DNA from: Nemertoderma westbladi
Lineage: Eukaryota; Animalia; Xenacoelomorpha
Assembly: GCA_032718475.1 (NCBI GenBank)
Contig: JAUCBJ010008281.1
Location: 39,553 to 103,552, forward strand
Direction: 5' to 3'
Length of the DNA: 64,000 nucleotides
This document shows positions 14,638 to 26,870 of the stretch, piece after piece. Under the pieces are notes generated by a model. That model was not told the origin of the DNA. It made no database searches and saw only the letters and a list, made by a program, of their open reading frames with translations. Made by a program: the position numbers and the translations under genes. Each line of letters opens with the position of its first letter. Within the stretch, counting starts at the first letter, position 1.

Positions 14638-15195
14638 CAGTAAGGATTAATATCCCTGTGAGGATAGTGAAAATTTTGAAAAATGTCTCTGCTAAGCTAG
14701 TGGTACTCTCTCTACTAAGACATTTTATCATTATTTTAGTTTTTTTAGTTTGCGCAGCCAATGGGGCATTTCCTGACTATGGCATACACTATTTTCAGAA
14801 GAAACATGTGTCAGTTACTTACTCACGAAGTTAACTGTACTCGCCCTGTTAAGTTAGTTTTTCTTATTTAATTTGATATTAAATCACTATCCTAACTAAG
14901 AGAGTATGTAACTGACCTAGCTAGGATAGTTTACTCACTGATTGTACCGAGCTCTCAGAATGGATCATTAAGTATACGTTTTAGTGTTCCTTTGTAAAAT
15001 TGGACTTTGTACATAGCTCAAGCATGAAAATGACATCTACATTATTCTGATACAACATGTACATTCTTGCGCAAAATGCAATTTCTGATTTATCCCAAAT
15101 ATCCTAGTGAGGTTAGATGTACTGCCTCGGCTAAGCGATTTTTTAAATTTTAATCAATTTCACCACTGACTCCGCCAAGATATTAATCCTTACTG
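14638..15195. mobile_element. MITE inserted in the LTR element leader
   Basis: 17-bp perfect TIR CAGTAAGGATTAATATC / GATATTAATCCTTACTG, with ATATT duplicated on both sides. The paralogous element shows the empty site at ~62051-62070. Confidence 0.9.
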
Positions 15196-16108
15196 ATATT
15201 TGTGTTGTAAAGTGGTTGATAGGCACATTCGTTAGCTCTATTAGCTTCTGGGTAGGAACAATCCGTGATACATAACGTAGTACCTATAGCGATACGGTTA
15301 TAGGTCGTCAGGCGGTGGTATTTTCCTATCTGGACAGTACAATATATTTACTACTACTTATTATTTAAATACCGTAGTACCCTGTCCGTTGTAATAACCA
15401 GAAATCTAACCCTTTGTTAGACTGGTTTGTAGACTTCCTGTAAAATTACCCTAAAAAATTCGTACGTAATATTTTGTTGTGTTTAATTAGAGAATTAATC
15501 TCACCAGTATAGTAAGTAATTTGTAGTATTAAGTAACTTAGGTAAATTAGAATTATCTGTTTTAGTGTCCCATAGGTAGCACTTCACTGAGAGCGCACAG
15601 CTTCTGTGTAGTGACTCCCCCAGAAATAATAACATTTATTTCAAATATTGACAAAAACCCATTTAAACGGGTATATAAATAATATAAATCAACTCAAACG
15701 ATTTATAAATAGTAGGCCTGTCATACAACAACTAGGTCTCACTATCAGTTGGACTACTGCTTAAATAACGGTAATAAAGTAAGTTAAAGTAACCAAGTAA
15801 CCCTAAAATATTCAGAAATTCAATTATTCTAAAAAATAATTGACATACCGGTACTTACCATAGGCTTATTATATATATTTATATATATTTGTGCTAAAAT
15901 TATATACCGGTACTCTGTGACAAATCTAGTCTGTAATAATACTTATATATATACTATAAGCATACCGGTATTCTAATATATTATATATATATCACGCTAC
16001 ACTGAGTAGCAGTATCGGTAATTAATTGTTAGGCTAACGGTGATACTGAATTACTAGACTTACTTTGACTGTATTTATAGCCGTAGGCATTCAACTGTGT
16101 AAACAAAC

Positions 16109-19100
16109 ATGTCAGACGCAACCAAATCACTGTCAGATAGTGTCTTAGAAAGTGTTAGAATGAGTATTAGACTTAGACAGCGTATTAAAAGGATCTGTGA
16201 CCAAGATCAAAGTATAGAACATCCCAGATCCAAGTCTAAGTCACCTACTATTGAAAGAAAGGCCACCCCTACAGTAGTAGTGTCAGACCCTAGGCTAGTA
16301 GAACAGCGTAGGTCTATCATCGGCACTTGCGCCCAAGTCAAGCGGGATCAAGAAGCAGCTGTCAAACCGCAGCAACATCCTAGCCAAGAACCTAGTTCTC
16401 AGCGTCCCGATAGCTCCAGTAGTTCGGACACTGCTGAGCGGACACCCGAACGCGGAGTGAAGATGGCGGATACGGTTTATGATGAGCGGCCAACCTATGA
16501 AGAATCAGCCGACGCCACTTCTTCTCAAGTGGAAAGCGAAGTGGAAAGCGAATTAACGGCCGCAGAGAAGCTGCGAACTAGAGACGCCATTGACATATAT
16601 CTGTCAGACTATCAGCGATTCATAGGAGATGAAGAGTTGAGGAGACGACTGTCTGGACTTCGCCCTAATAGTGAAGGAACCAAGCTTGTGTTGGACGCAA
16701 TCGATGCGGAAATGTTAGCTGCAGAACAAGCTAAATGTGATGAAAAACTCCGCCTCGTTAGAGTCCAAGAAGAACAAATAAAGAAAAAACAGATAGAGAA
16801 CCGAAAGGCAGCAGCAGTAAAGGCGGCAGAAGCAGAAGCAGCAAAGGCGGCGGCAGAAGTAGAAGCAGAAAGAAAGGCAGCGGATGTAGAAGCAAAAGGA
16901 AAGGCAGCGGTAGCAGAAGCAGAAAGAAAGGCGGCAGCGGCAATGGCAAAGGCAGTGGCAGAAGCAGAACGGAGAGCGTCTGAGGAGACTGCCCAACTGG
17001 AGTTGGAAAATCTGCAAGAGACGCAAGACTACATAAATAAACATCTAACTGCTAGTCGAATGCAGAGGATGAGACGATCTACTCCAAAACGCCAAGGATA
17101 CACATCATCGGAGGAAAGCGAAACCACCGATCCTGAAGGCGGAGGAAATAGATCTCGTCTAAGCAGGCGTAGAAAAACATCTCACCGTCATAAACTGCCT
17201 GATTTGCCCCCAGCTGTCAGAAGACAACTAGCTAGCACAGACTTAGGTAGTACAGAACCTACAGCCCAAAGTATTAAGGTTCAAAGACTCCCTACAATAG
17301 TTGATGAGCCTGAGATAATTAGGCCTGTCGTTCCCAAAATCACTTCTGTGTTAGAGACCCCTGTACTTCCAGAGCTTAACTCTAAATTCCCTTTACATAG
17401 TACTACACTGCCAATACCCGGTGGAGCAGTCCAAGAGAATATCCCTGTCCAGATAGCAGAGAGAGAAATCAAAAATTTGTCTCCCGTCGTCCCGCGTCAG
17501 CCCGCTACTATGTTGGCGACTCCCGCTTCGGCGGTTGAGTGGGTGGAAGAGGGACGGCGGGGGATGAATCTCCTGCTAGGACAGATGCAGGAGACTGTCC
17601 ACCAACTTAAGGGAACAGTGAGGGAAGGTAGAGCAGAGTTGCAAGAAGTGCAGCAAAGTATCGCGCTAGAACGCGACAAATTAGTCAATATACAAAAGGG
17701 CATACCAATACCCCCTGTAACATTGTGTCAACCTGTTAGGTCTGAAGTATTACATGCGCAAGGTGTGGAGCCTACACGCATCTATACTGCTAGTGAAGTT
17801 GAAACTCCTATAGCAAACCCTATTAAGGGTGATTATAGACCTGTTATTAATGATATTCCCTATAGACCTGATAATGATCCGAGAAATTTATATACCGATA
17901 ATTCGATATTAAATAACACGATGGCCCAAGAAAGCTTCACGCGTCAGATGGCTAGAACAGAAGCCCGCCAAGCGGTCAAAGTGGGAGAGATCGTCAAATT
18001 CAATGGAGATGAGATGAAATGGTTACCTTTCAACGAATATTACAAAGATAGCATACAGAACTCTGTACTATCTAACGGAGAGAAACTTAGATTCCTCATC
18101 AAGTGCTTGGAAGGACCTCCCAAGTTAATGGCGTTAAAGTTTATCGGACATCCAGAAGGATTAAGACAAGTTTGGGATACATTAAACATCAGGTATGGTA
18201 ACAAGGATAACATAGCTAAGTATTTATATGCAAAATTAGTAGCCCCCCGACACTTCCTTAGTAGCGGGATTATAGAGTTTTCCGATGAAATTCAAGAGAT
18301 CTGTAGACAACTGGACTGGTTAGGTAAGTCGCATGAATATCAGAGTTCCATGGTTATTGGAGCCGTAGTCTCTACTTTACCAAAGGGTGGAGTATGTACA
18401 CGCTGGGACAAGAAAGTGTTGTACATGAATGAACAACAACGACGAAGCCCTACCATGGCTGATCTCATGTCTTTCTTAAATGGTGAAGTCAAACTACAAC
18501 TCATCAAGCAGTCCAGAGAGAAAACATCGGAAAATAAGGTAAGTGAGAAACCCACTTCTAGGAGAAGAGTAACACCAGTGTGTTACACTGACGACGGCGA
18601 AAGCCAAGCTTCCCAAGAAGAGGACAGCGGGAAAGACACAGACCGATCTTATTATGTTGACAAGACCTCAAAGGACGTAAGTAAATACAAGGCTCGAAAC
18701 AACGATAGGAGAGAACAGGTTGCCAAGACCCCTCCTCAGTCTCCTAAGAGAATTCACGGAAGAGAGCCCGAAGAAAGAACGAGAGTGCATAACGTTACCC
18801 AAGGTAAAGTGAGTAACATCAAACCAAAATGTGCGCTGTGCGACGGGCCCCACCGTATGAGTGCGTGTGCTGAATTTCTAAAGAAATCCCCTGTAGACAG
18901 ACGTACAGTCCTGTGGAATAAGCGGTTATGCTATAATTGCCTCAGATCAGGACACCAACGGCGAACCTGTTACTCCGACGTAAAGTGTGCAAAGTGTGGC
19001 GCGAAACATCACATCTTGTTACACAGTGAGTTCGAACGAGACAACCCGAGTCAGGTAAGTGAGCCCGAACTACATGTCCAATTCAGTGATGTGAACGACA

Positions 19101-20260
19101 CTGACCAAGGTTCTGAGTGGGAAGGATTCTATACAGACGAATTCTCCGATGCCAACGAATCCTGTTATCTAATAAATACCACAGTGTATCGAGCACTTAC
19201 GTATGAAAAGGACACTGACGAGTTTACTCCAACTCCTTTTGACAAACAACCATCTTGGAAAGTTCCAACTTCCAACATAGGAATAAGAGAATTTCCTGTA
19301 GTGCAAGTGAGAGTTCATGGTCTCAACAAGAGTTACATAGTGAACGCCCTACTTGACTCCGGCAGCACAGGAACATTCATCGATCAAGAACTAGCCGAAG
19401 ATATCTTTGCTGGACAACCCAAGTTCCGGACTAAATTGAATATGTCAGGAATTATGCAGGTTTGGAAATCTACCCTAACGGCAGATTACTATGTAGGTGA
19501 GTTGTCCACCCCCCAGGATAAATTAGGAGCACAAAGTATAAGGTCAGTAAAAATGGTGGCTATAAAGAACTTCGCTACTACCCAAGCAGACCTTTATAAC
19601 TGGGACGAGGACGAGTGCATCCAACATCTTGAGATACCTCGATTCCAAACCGATTATCCTGGAGTGCAAATCCTCATCGGCCAAAACGCGCATGAGGCGC
19701 TCGAGACATTGGAGAAACGGCCTGCTCAACCGCAGCCATTACAAACTTATGCGGTAAGAACTAGAGTAGGTTGGTACTTTACTGGCCCTTCCCGCAGAAC
19801 TCTTGAAGAAAGATTGCCACAAGACCGGCTACTTCAAGTAAAGGATTGGGAAGAGGGGAGCAGTGAAGTGGACGAACCCACTGAGGTAACACCATACTCC
19901 TCAGATAATGACGATATTAACTCCAATGTAGATCAATGGAGACATTGCCTTGGGACGATTAATCCAGCCGACATCGCTTCCAGAGGAGCAACTCCTCAAG
20001 AACTGATAGATACTCCAGGCTGGTTAGGTGGATCCGACTCCTTAAGTAAAGAAGAAGAAGAATGGCCTCCTCATCTTACCACGGCAGAGAGTAGACAGGC
20101 CAAGGGAGCGGAGAAACTAACACAACAACTCAATCGCCCAGCTGGTCGTTTATGTTTACTGGAAAGAGACCGAAAACTGTCCGGAAACTATGGAAGGCAA
20201 GATACTCTTCCTACGACCACTTCCCTAATCCGACAAATATCTAGGGACTCTATAACGTAA
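16109..20260 (+). CDS. gag: BEL/Pao Gag-aspartic protease polyprotein with short RNase H and integrase-tail remnants (1383 aa)
   Basis: Capsid-like KFNGDEMKWLPF...EKLRFLIKCLEG; knuckles CALCDGPHRMSAC, CYNCLRSGHQRRTC, CAKCGAKHHILLH; protease ALLDSGSTGTFI and ILIGQN; QWRHCLGTINPADIASRG...EEWP; RPAGRLCLL. No RT or DDE integrase core. Confidence 0.9.
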   Translation: MSDATKSLSDSVLESVRMSIRLRQRIKRICDQDQSIEHPRSKSKSPTIERKATPTVVVSDPRLVEQRRSIIGTCAQVKRDQEAAVKPQQHPSQEPSSQRPDSSSSSDTAERTPERGVKMADTVYDERPTYEESADATSSQVESEVESELTAAEKLRTRDAIDIYLSDYQRFIGDEELRRRLSGLRPNSEGTKLVLDAIDAEMLAAEQAKCDEKLRLVRVQEEQIKKKQIENRKAAAVKAAEAEAAKAAAEVEAERKAADVEAKGKAAVAEAERKAAAAMAKAVAEAERRASEETAQLELENLQETQDYINKHLTASRMQRMRRSTPKRQGYTSSEESETTDPEGGGNRSRLSRRRKTSHRHKLPDLPPAVRRQLASTDLGSTEPTAQSIKVQRLPTIVDEPEIIRPVVPKITSVLETPVLPELNSKFPLHSTTLPIPGGAVQENIPVQIAEREIKNLSPVVPRQPATMLATPASAVEWVEEGRRGMNLLLGQMQETVHQLKGTVREGRAELQEVQQSIALERDKLVNIQKGIPIPPVTLCQPVRSEVLHAQGVEPTRIYTASEVETPIANPIKGDYRPVINDIPYRPDNDPRNLYTDNSILNNTMAQESFTRQMARTEARQAVKVGEIVKFNGDEMKWLPFNEYYKDSIQNSVLSNGEKLRFLIKCLEGPPKLMALKFIGHPEGLRQVWDTLNIRYGNKDNIAKYLYAKLVAPRHFLSSGIIEFSDEIQEICRQLDWLGKSHEYQSSMVIGAVVSTLPKGGVCTRWDKKVLYMNEQQRRSPTMADLMSFLNGEVKLQLIKQSREKTSENKVSEKPTSRRRVTPVCYTDDGESQASQEEDSGKDTDRSYYVDKTSKDVSKYKARNNDRREQVAKTPPQSPKRIHGREPEERTRVHNVTQGKVSNIKPKCALCDGPHRMSACAEFLKKSPVDRRTVLWNKRLCYNCLRSGHQRRTCYSDVKCAKCGAKHHILLHSEFERDNPSQVSEPELHVQFSDVNDTDQGSEWEGFYTDEFSDANESCYLINTTVYRALTYEKDTDEFTPTPFDKQPSWKVPTSNIGIREFPVVQVRVHGLNKSYIVNALLDSGSTGTFIDQELAEDIFAGQPKFRTKLNMSGIMQVWKSTLTADYYVGELSTPQDKLGAQSIRSVKMVAIKNFATTQADLYNWDEDECIQHLEIPRFQTDYPGVQILIGQNAHEALETLEKRPAQPQPLQTYAVRTRVGWYFTGPSRRTLEERLPQDRLLQVKDWEEGSSEVDEPTEVTPYSSDNDDINSNVDQWRHCLGTINPADIASRGATPQELIDTPGWLGGSDSLSKEEEEWPPHLTTAESRQAKGAEKLTQQLNRPAGRLCLLERDRKLSGNYGRQDTLPTTTSLIRQISRDSIT

Positions 20261-21881
20261 TAACATATGGAGTGGGCGTGTGGCTATATCATTTTATATT
20301 TGTTTTTATTTTATATTTATGTATGTATTATTATGTAATTTTATTATAATCGTTTTCTTTAATTTTATTTAGTAGAATGTTATTTTAGAATATTTAGTAA
20401 ATTAGTGCAATATATTAGTGTTTATTACGTATTTAATTACTTACAATATATTTAGTGCGACGGCAAGAAATAATTATTTTTCTCTTTCCTTACTGTCCGT
20501 ATTATATTATAAATGCGAGACTATAGTAAGATGACATGTCAGTACTTCTTAAAGTACAATAAAGCCACTACTATATTTAAGTATTATTGGTAGGCAGAGT
20601 ATTAGGAATGCAAAGTTCAGATCCTTGTGTCTCGGCTAAACCAAGCTCTGGGTAGACCTTGGAAACGACTTGCCTCTTCACACTGACATTGCTTCGTGCG
20701 ATATTGCTCTTCTACCTTATAACAAATAATACATATAGTAGCGTGATGTCCCTTTAACAGTAGCGTAATTCGCAAATAAATCTGTTAAACTTTTTGACCA
20801 TCTGTAATTCTAGTCGATTAAGATATCGTGGCACCCACCGATATACTTGAAAGACAAATTCTAGAATCGGTGGTTAACGTCCCCAGACAAGTTCTGGAAT
20901 AAATCGGTGCCCATCCTAAATATTAATTTAATATTTATTAAAATCTGTAAAATTCAGATCCGTTAACAATTCTAGTCGATTAAGATATCGTAGCCCTTAC
21001 CGATACTCTTAAAAGACAAATTTCATAGAATTAAGGATCCTATGTCCCCAGACCTGCTCTGGAATCAAATTGTGTCAATTTTAACATCAAATAATAAAAT
21101 TTACGGGAATAAATTAAATTCATATTCAAATGAATTTCATAAATTGTCATTTTGTGCAATTTATAACATTCCCAAAATTCCAGTAATTAATAGATCATGG
21201 GAGCGGAGATTCATATTGAGTGTACTAGAGTGCGAGAATCTCCAATATATAGTCAATAACCGATAAATTTTATAAAATCATGCATAAAGAGGATATTGAC
21301 AATTAAAGAATTACTATTAAATAACATCCCAGATCTGTATGCATGAGAATTACCCTAATTCTACCGCTAGTTTTCCATAATGTCACCATGGCAACACCCA
21401 CGCTAGAATTAGAAGCAAGTTAAAGGAACAATAAAAGGCTTGCCCCATTGCGTAGCATAAGAGTATATATAGCGCACTATTAGTATCCAAGGATACATAG
21501 TAATAACGTGACATTCTGGAAGACACTGACTAACGGACAAATGGCATGCATGTGTGCAGTAAGCAATGATTGTATGGAATTTGTGCGTTTATAGGTGAAT
21601 GTTACTACTAAAGTGTGTTTACAGTAGCTAATCGCAATTGTAAAATAGCCCTAACTCTACCGAGATAACCTCAAGTGGATTCAAGCCTTTGGGACGGACA
21701 GTGGTGGGACTTGTGCCGGTTATCGTTGTCGTGCTGTTGCTACATGTTGGCGTAAACACTGCGACAGCGGTACATCGGCGCTGAGAAACCCACTGTCCGG
21801 GGGCAAAAGCCTAGTAGGCAGCGACGCCCGCTTGCCTAAAATATTAACTTATATTGATATTAATAAACTCAGATAGCAGAT

Positions 21882-23329
21882 ATGACGGAATTGATAGAAG
21901 ATGACCTTGGTATTAGAGAGTGATATACTCTACCTTTACAAGCGTTTGTGGATAGCTTGATACGCGGTGAAGCCGATCCGACTATTACGGAGGACGATGG
22001 TCGTTATATCGAACCGCCGATGTCCCAAGAGCAACTTACGCGTGAATTGGACTATTGAAAATTAACCGCTCGCTATACGCATCGTAATGGTACGTATATG
22101 GACTTCTTAACTACCGGCCATCCTATCGATTTACATGATACGGACGATGTAGACACCGAAAGGGAAATGGTTCTATTTAAATATCATACCCAGCGGCGTC
22201 GTAACGATAAACCGATACCGATAACGAAAATTCTATTCGTAACAGACTGGGAAGACGAACCAATATGTCTAGAATCTGAGGAGATTCAGCCTATCGCGCT
22301 CGGAACAGCGACAACGATTACATCCTAGAATGGTATCAAAGTCCACAGTGTCTCACTGCGTACGATTATCGCCATGCCAACTATGTTTCTCGGCAACGTT
22401 GTCGGTTATGCGCATCGAGAGACCATGTTACGCCCATGGACACAAACGTCCGCTGTTCCTATTTCCACGAACAACCGGCGATGGAAATTTATTGCGCGTA
22501 TTGCAGATTTAATAATTTGCACATTTTTGCGGTTTGCCCTCAATTTATGACTCAATGTCACCATTGTCAACTAAAGGGACATGCCAGTTTCGATTGCCCT
22601 TTTAATCACGATTTGGAAAGCGTAGATGAAATGATCACACTACGTTACATCAGAGCTTGGGAAGCGAACACTGATTTATATTGTGATTCGCGCCATCGCT
22701 ATTATCCCGGACGCGCTTACGAAGGAGTTTATGCGTTACATCCTTATCTATTCGCTTCGGTTGAACAGAAATCACGCATATCAAGTTACGAGCTACTGAA
22801 GCGCGTCGGAGAATGTATTTCAACCAAATTCGTACGCAAATTTCTCAGGAGTGTTAATCCTAGCGACCTTCATTCCTATAACTTAATCAATCATATCCGT
22901 CAGGATCCGGACTATGGAGAATTGTTTGTTAACTCACACCCTGAGTTACAGGAAGTATATCGACGGCCTTACGAATACCGAGCCCGCGAACGCGAGTTGG
23001 AAAGAACCATTAAACCAAGGAAGTTTCTAACTGCCTATGGTCCACCCACGGCCCTCGTTCAGACCACTCGTAAAGGACCCGTAAGAGCGGCTGTCTTGAA
23101 ACGAGCTCTCAAAGCCGTTAGACCCCTCTCCCCGGACGTTGATGTCAATCAACCCGGTACTTCGACCGGCGGATATACCGATCGCAATCCCATACCTTCT
23201 GATGCAATCATATTGCACCCTTCACCCAGGAGTTATAGCCCTCCTCGTAAAGTGGCTCGCCCCAAAGAGAAAAGGACTCTTGCTAGCTTTAAAAAACTGC
23301 GTAAACGCCGTCCGCGCAAGAAAGACTAA
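21882..23329 (+). pseudogene. Accessory zinc-knuckle ORF in the 3' region of the LTR element; the 297-aa 3' part (22436-23329) is open
   Basis: ATG at 21882 is in frame with ORF 22098-22328 across two TGA codons. A frame change near 22280-22310 leads into CRLCASRDH, CAYCRFNNLHIFAVC, CHHCQLKGHASFDC and a basic tail KKLRKRRPRKKD. Confidence 0.6.
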
Positions 23330-23407
23330 CTGTTTAGAGTATTTTTATATTTTAGAAACTGTGATTTTGTATATTTTATAGACTTAAATCCCATTTTCTG
23401 GGAGCGG

Positions 23408-24633
23408 TGTAAAAGCTTTTGTGGGATAACTGATACGTTTGCCTTTGCTGGCCAGTTCCCCCCCAGTCGCTAGAATACTCTCAAAGGGATTTATAACTAA
23501 AATAGTGCAAGCTACCAGCTTATTGGCTGATGTGCTGTACGGAGATATCTGGGCTCAGTTTAATCGGCCAACTAGCTTAGAGAGGTTGCCTTAGCCTTGC
23601 TGTTCGTGTCGGCCAATAGAATTTGCGTAGGCGTTGATTTCGACCTATCCCAGCGCTACTGAACTGAATTTCCTATCTCTATGCTCATCCTCTGTGTTGA
23701 ACGGGGCTTCGTGGAATAAGAGTTTTTGGTATACTCGTATAGTGGTAGTAGTCATATGATTTTATATGATTCTGTTGTTGTGTTCCCATTTTCGCCATAA
23801 CACCGGCTTTTTGGGAAGAACTCTAGTAAAACTGCTTAAATTATCGAAAGTATAAACTGTTACCGACTCCGAACCAATCGAATCGATCACTAACGCATCT
23901 TAACATACTCACTTAATTTAACTGCATTAATCATATTGTTTGTACTGTTATTTTACCGTCAGTTATTAATTGTACCTATTTGTTGATGGAAATATTGCTC
24001 TTTGGATAATACGGATAAATCACCCAAAATTCCCAATTTTCTTGATACACTACAGGTTAGAGAGACCGGCTATACATAACAATTTCGATTTATATTAATG
24101 TGGTGTGTATTAAATCTAATGTTATTTAGCAGACCCTACATGAGTCAATTACTGCTCTCTTTATGTGTGATCAAATATACTGACTGTCGGCAGAATAGTG
24201 TGTATGATCGTGATTGGTAACAAAGTATTTCCTAAAGAATACGCTTTATACTTTAATCATAAGCGGTATCGTTGCGTTTTAGTATAAGTCTTAGTTCTGT
24301 TTAAATAGATAGAGCGCCGCGTCCTAAAGGAACTGTTAATATTTCCCGAAAGCCAATAATATCTGTCAGAGATTAATTATTAACGATCTATCGAATAGTA
24401 CAGTAAGTTTACGCTGCAACCTTACACTGCAATAATAAAATTTAAGCATCCGAATTCAGCCTCCCGGGTGTAGATCCATCGGGTGAATGATCGCGCATGG
24501 GCTGCCTTCGTCTAATGTTTTGTGTATTAGCATAAATTGTTGTCGTATGCTAAAGGTGTTTTAATTAACTAAAAGACATATAAATTTTGGCAGGTTAAAC
24601 TGCTAAAGGTCTTCAAAAGCGCGAACAGTAATA
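23408..24633 (+). repeat. LTR copy 2 (3' LTR)
   Basis: Near-identical to LTR copy 1; preceded by the purine-rich GGGAGCGG; ends GCGAACA(GTAATA). Confidence 0.9.
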
Positions 24634-26329
24634 GTTTGGCTACTGAGGTTTTAGAATGTGGTGATTTCATTGGCAAGGCAATTGTGGTATTTTCTAAAAT
24701 GGCCAATGTGTCAGTCAGCACTTCTCTTCTATTTCAGTACTGCAGTACTATGGTTCTGGTCCGGTAATTTATTGTATTATTCTGTTATGTGGTACCGTAT
24801 GTGCTGTGCACTGCACTACAACTGCGTTACTGGTACCTTAGGCATTCCATTACTGCTGACTGCATTATTCTGTTAGGCATCAATGCCTTATATCATTATT
24901 CATTACCTTTTTATTTCCTTACCTTACCTGTGTTTATTTGACTAGTTATTATCACCTCTACACGGGCTGGCAGCCACGGCACGGGGGTCTAATTTTGGTC
25001 TGGACTGGACATAGTACAGTAGTATCTGAATCTGTATGGAGGGGAGGCCGTAGCAGTTATAGTTGGAAAGTGCTGTGTGTATGGATGCCGCTCGAGCGTC
25101 GCGCGCTCGGTCTACCTACAGTGGCACTTAGTTGCTCTTCTACTGTACAGAACAGATCACACCAGGCCCTTCCACTAACATTTGTACACTTCGACGGGCG
25201 ATATATTCAGTAACCAACAGCGGCCATCTTTATCAAAAGTTGCTGTTCAACGATTCACCATCGAAATTCATGAAGGAGAGTAAAATTAGTTCTTGATCTG
25301 ATGTAGAGATGAAAGCTACTGCTGGACTTAGGGGTTGGATGGGCCGGTTATTCTTGAACCATGACACTAGTGTTATTATATTGCCTAAACCAGCGGGACT
25401 CCTATCTGAATTCCCCGATATCGGCCCTTTCGGAGGATTTCAAATAATACAATGCGTGAACACTGAACACCGCGAACAATGTTCGCTTCTTACTGTCTTG
25501 GATTTAATAGACAAACGTTATTGATACATTAATAGATATGCTGAGATAAATTAATATTACGACTTCAATATAATGAGGAACTGATATTATTTGGGGATTT
25601 ATTAATAACTGCAATTATTGATATGTAATGGGGAATGGTTACTACTTAACTACACCATATCCTGGAATATACTTTCTAATCTACTATGTGTTTGATGCGG
25701 AATTAAGCGATTCATATTCAGTTACTACCGTAATCCTGAGTTATCGGAACGTTTAACCCTATCTAGCCCGGGCTATTTTACTACAGTAAATTAACTTACT
25801 TAATTTAGAAATTTTTTAGATCTTGGCTCAAAAATTATAATTTTCATGGTATAACGGTTTTCGAGGACGCTGAAACTTGTTAACGACAAACCTTAAACCA
25901 CGATAAAACTTGTTAAAAATATTTTTGGGCAATGCAACCATCATTTTTGGTGCTATTTTGGACCACGAGGACGAAAAGTAAAAGTAAACAAATGTCAAAC
26001 TAAGAAATTTTGTGTTTGGTTTGATACGGAGGTATACGGGTATTCGGAGTCGCTGATCATGATGAAACAAGTTATAAATATTTCTGGTAAATGCAAACCC
26101 AATTTTGATGCCATTATGGTGCCCCAGAACGAATTTCAAACTGTTAAATGTTGCCTTTGGTTTGGTAATTCTGAAGCTATACTGGTTTTCAAAGCCGCTG
26201 ATACAACTTCATAAAAATCATTCGTGGTAACGCAACTATCGTTTTTGGCGTTTGTCTAGTGGAACGAAAAATACAAGTGGATAAAATTTCAAACGGCAAA
26301 AATCGAATTTGGATGGATAAAACGATATT

Positions 26330-26870
26330 ATTGAGTGTCATATTCGTGATCAGAGTCCCAGAAAACCCACAATGTCATAAAATCGGATTGATTTGGTAAT
26401 GATATTTTATTATCAAATTTGTGCTACTTGTATTTTTCGGGCCACACATTGACATTGACACGTATCCAAAAAAGCCGTAATCAACAAGGTAAGATATTTT
26501 TCAGTGTCATATCGTGATCAGCATCCCAAAAAAACCACATGGTCATAAAATCAATTTGTTTTCGTGGTGATTTTTCATTATTATATTTCCACTACTTGAT
26601 ATTTTCGTGCTCCAGAGGGCACAAATAACTGACTAATAACTAATAATATAAATACAGTAACAACATGTCTATGTTGTTATATTACACAACTCTTCGATAT
26701 GTTTGATGTAGGTAGAGGAATAAGCATCCCAAAAACCATATGTTCATAAAATCATAATGATTTTTCATTATCATATTTCAACTACTTGTTTTTTTCGTGC
26801 TCCAGGGGGCACAAATAACTGACTAATAACGAATATAACAACATGCAAATGTTGTTATATTACACAACTA
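26330..26870. repeat. Degenerate direct repeats, probably a DNA-transposon/Helentron-like remnant
   Basis: TCGTGATCAG...CCCA(G/A)AAAACC recurs at ~26344 and ~26512; block 26521-26660 is repeated at ~26724-26870. Confidence 0.45.

Larger units (their letters stand above)
12280..24633 (+). mobile_element. BEL/Pao-type LTR retrotransposon, non-autonomous (gag-protease, pol deleted)
   Basis: About 1.22-kb direct repeats starting TGTAAAAGC at 12280 and 23408. Internal ORF carries BEL/Pao Gag zinc knuckles and a protease. No target-site duplication found. Confidence 0.9.

Noticed and set aside
24938-25720. Short ORFs downstream of LTR2
   Set aside because: Multiple stops and no recognisable motif; no product can be assigned.
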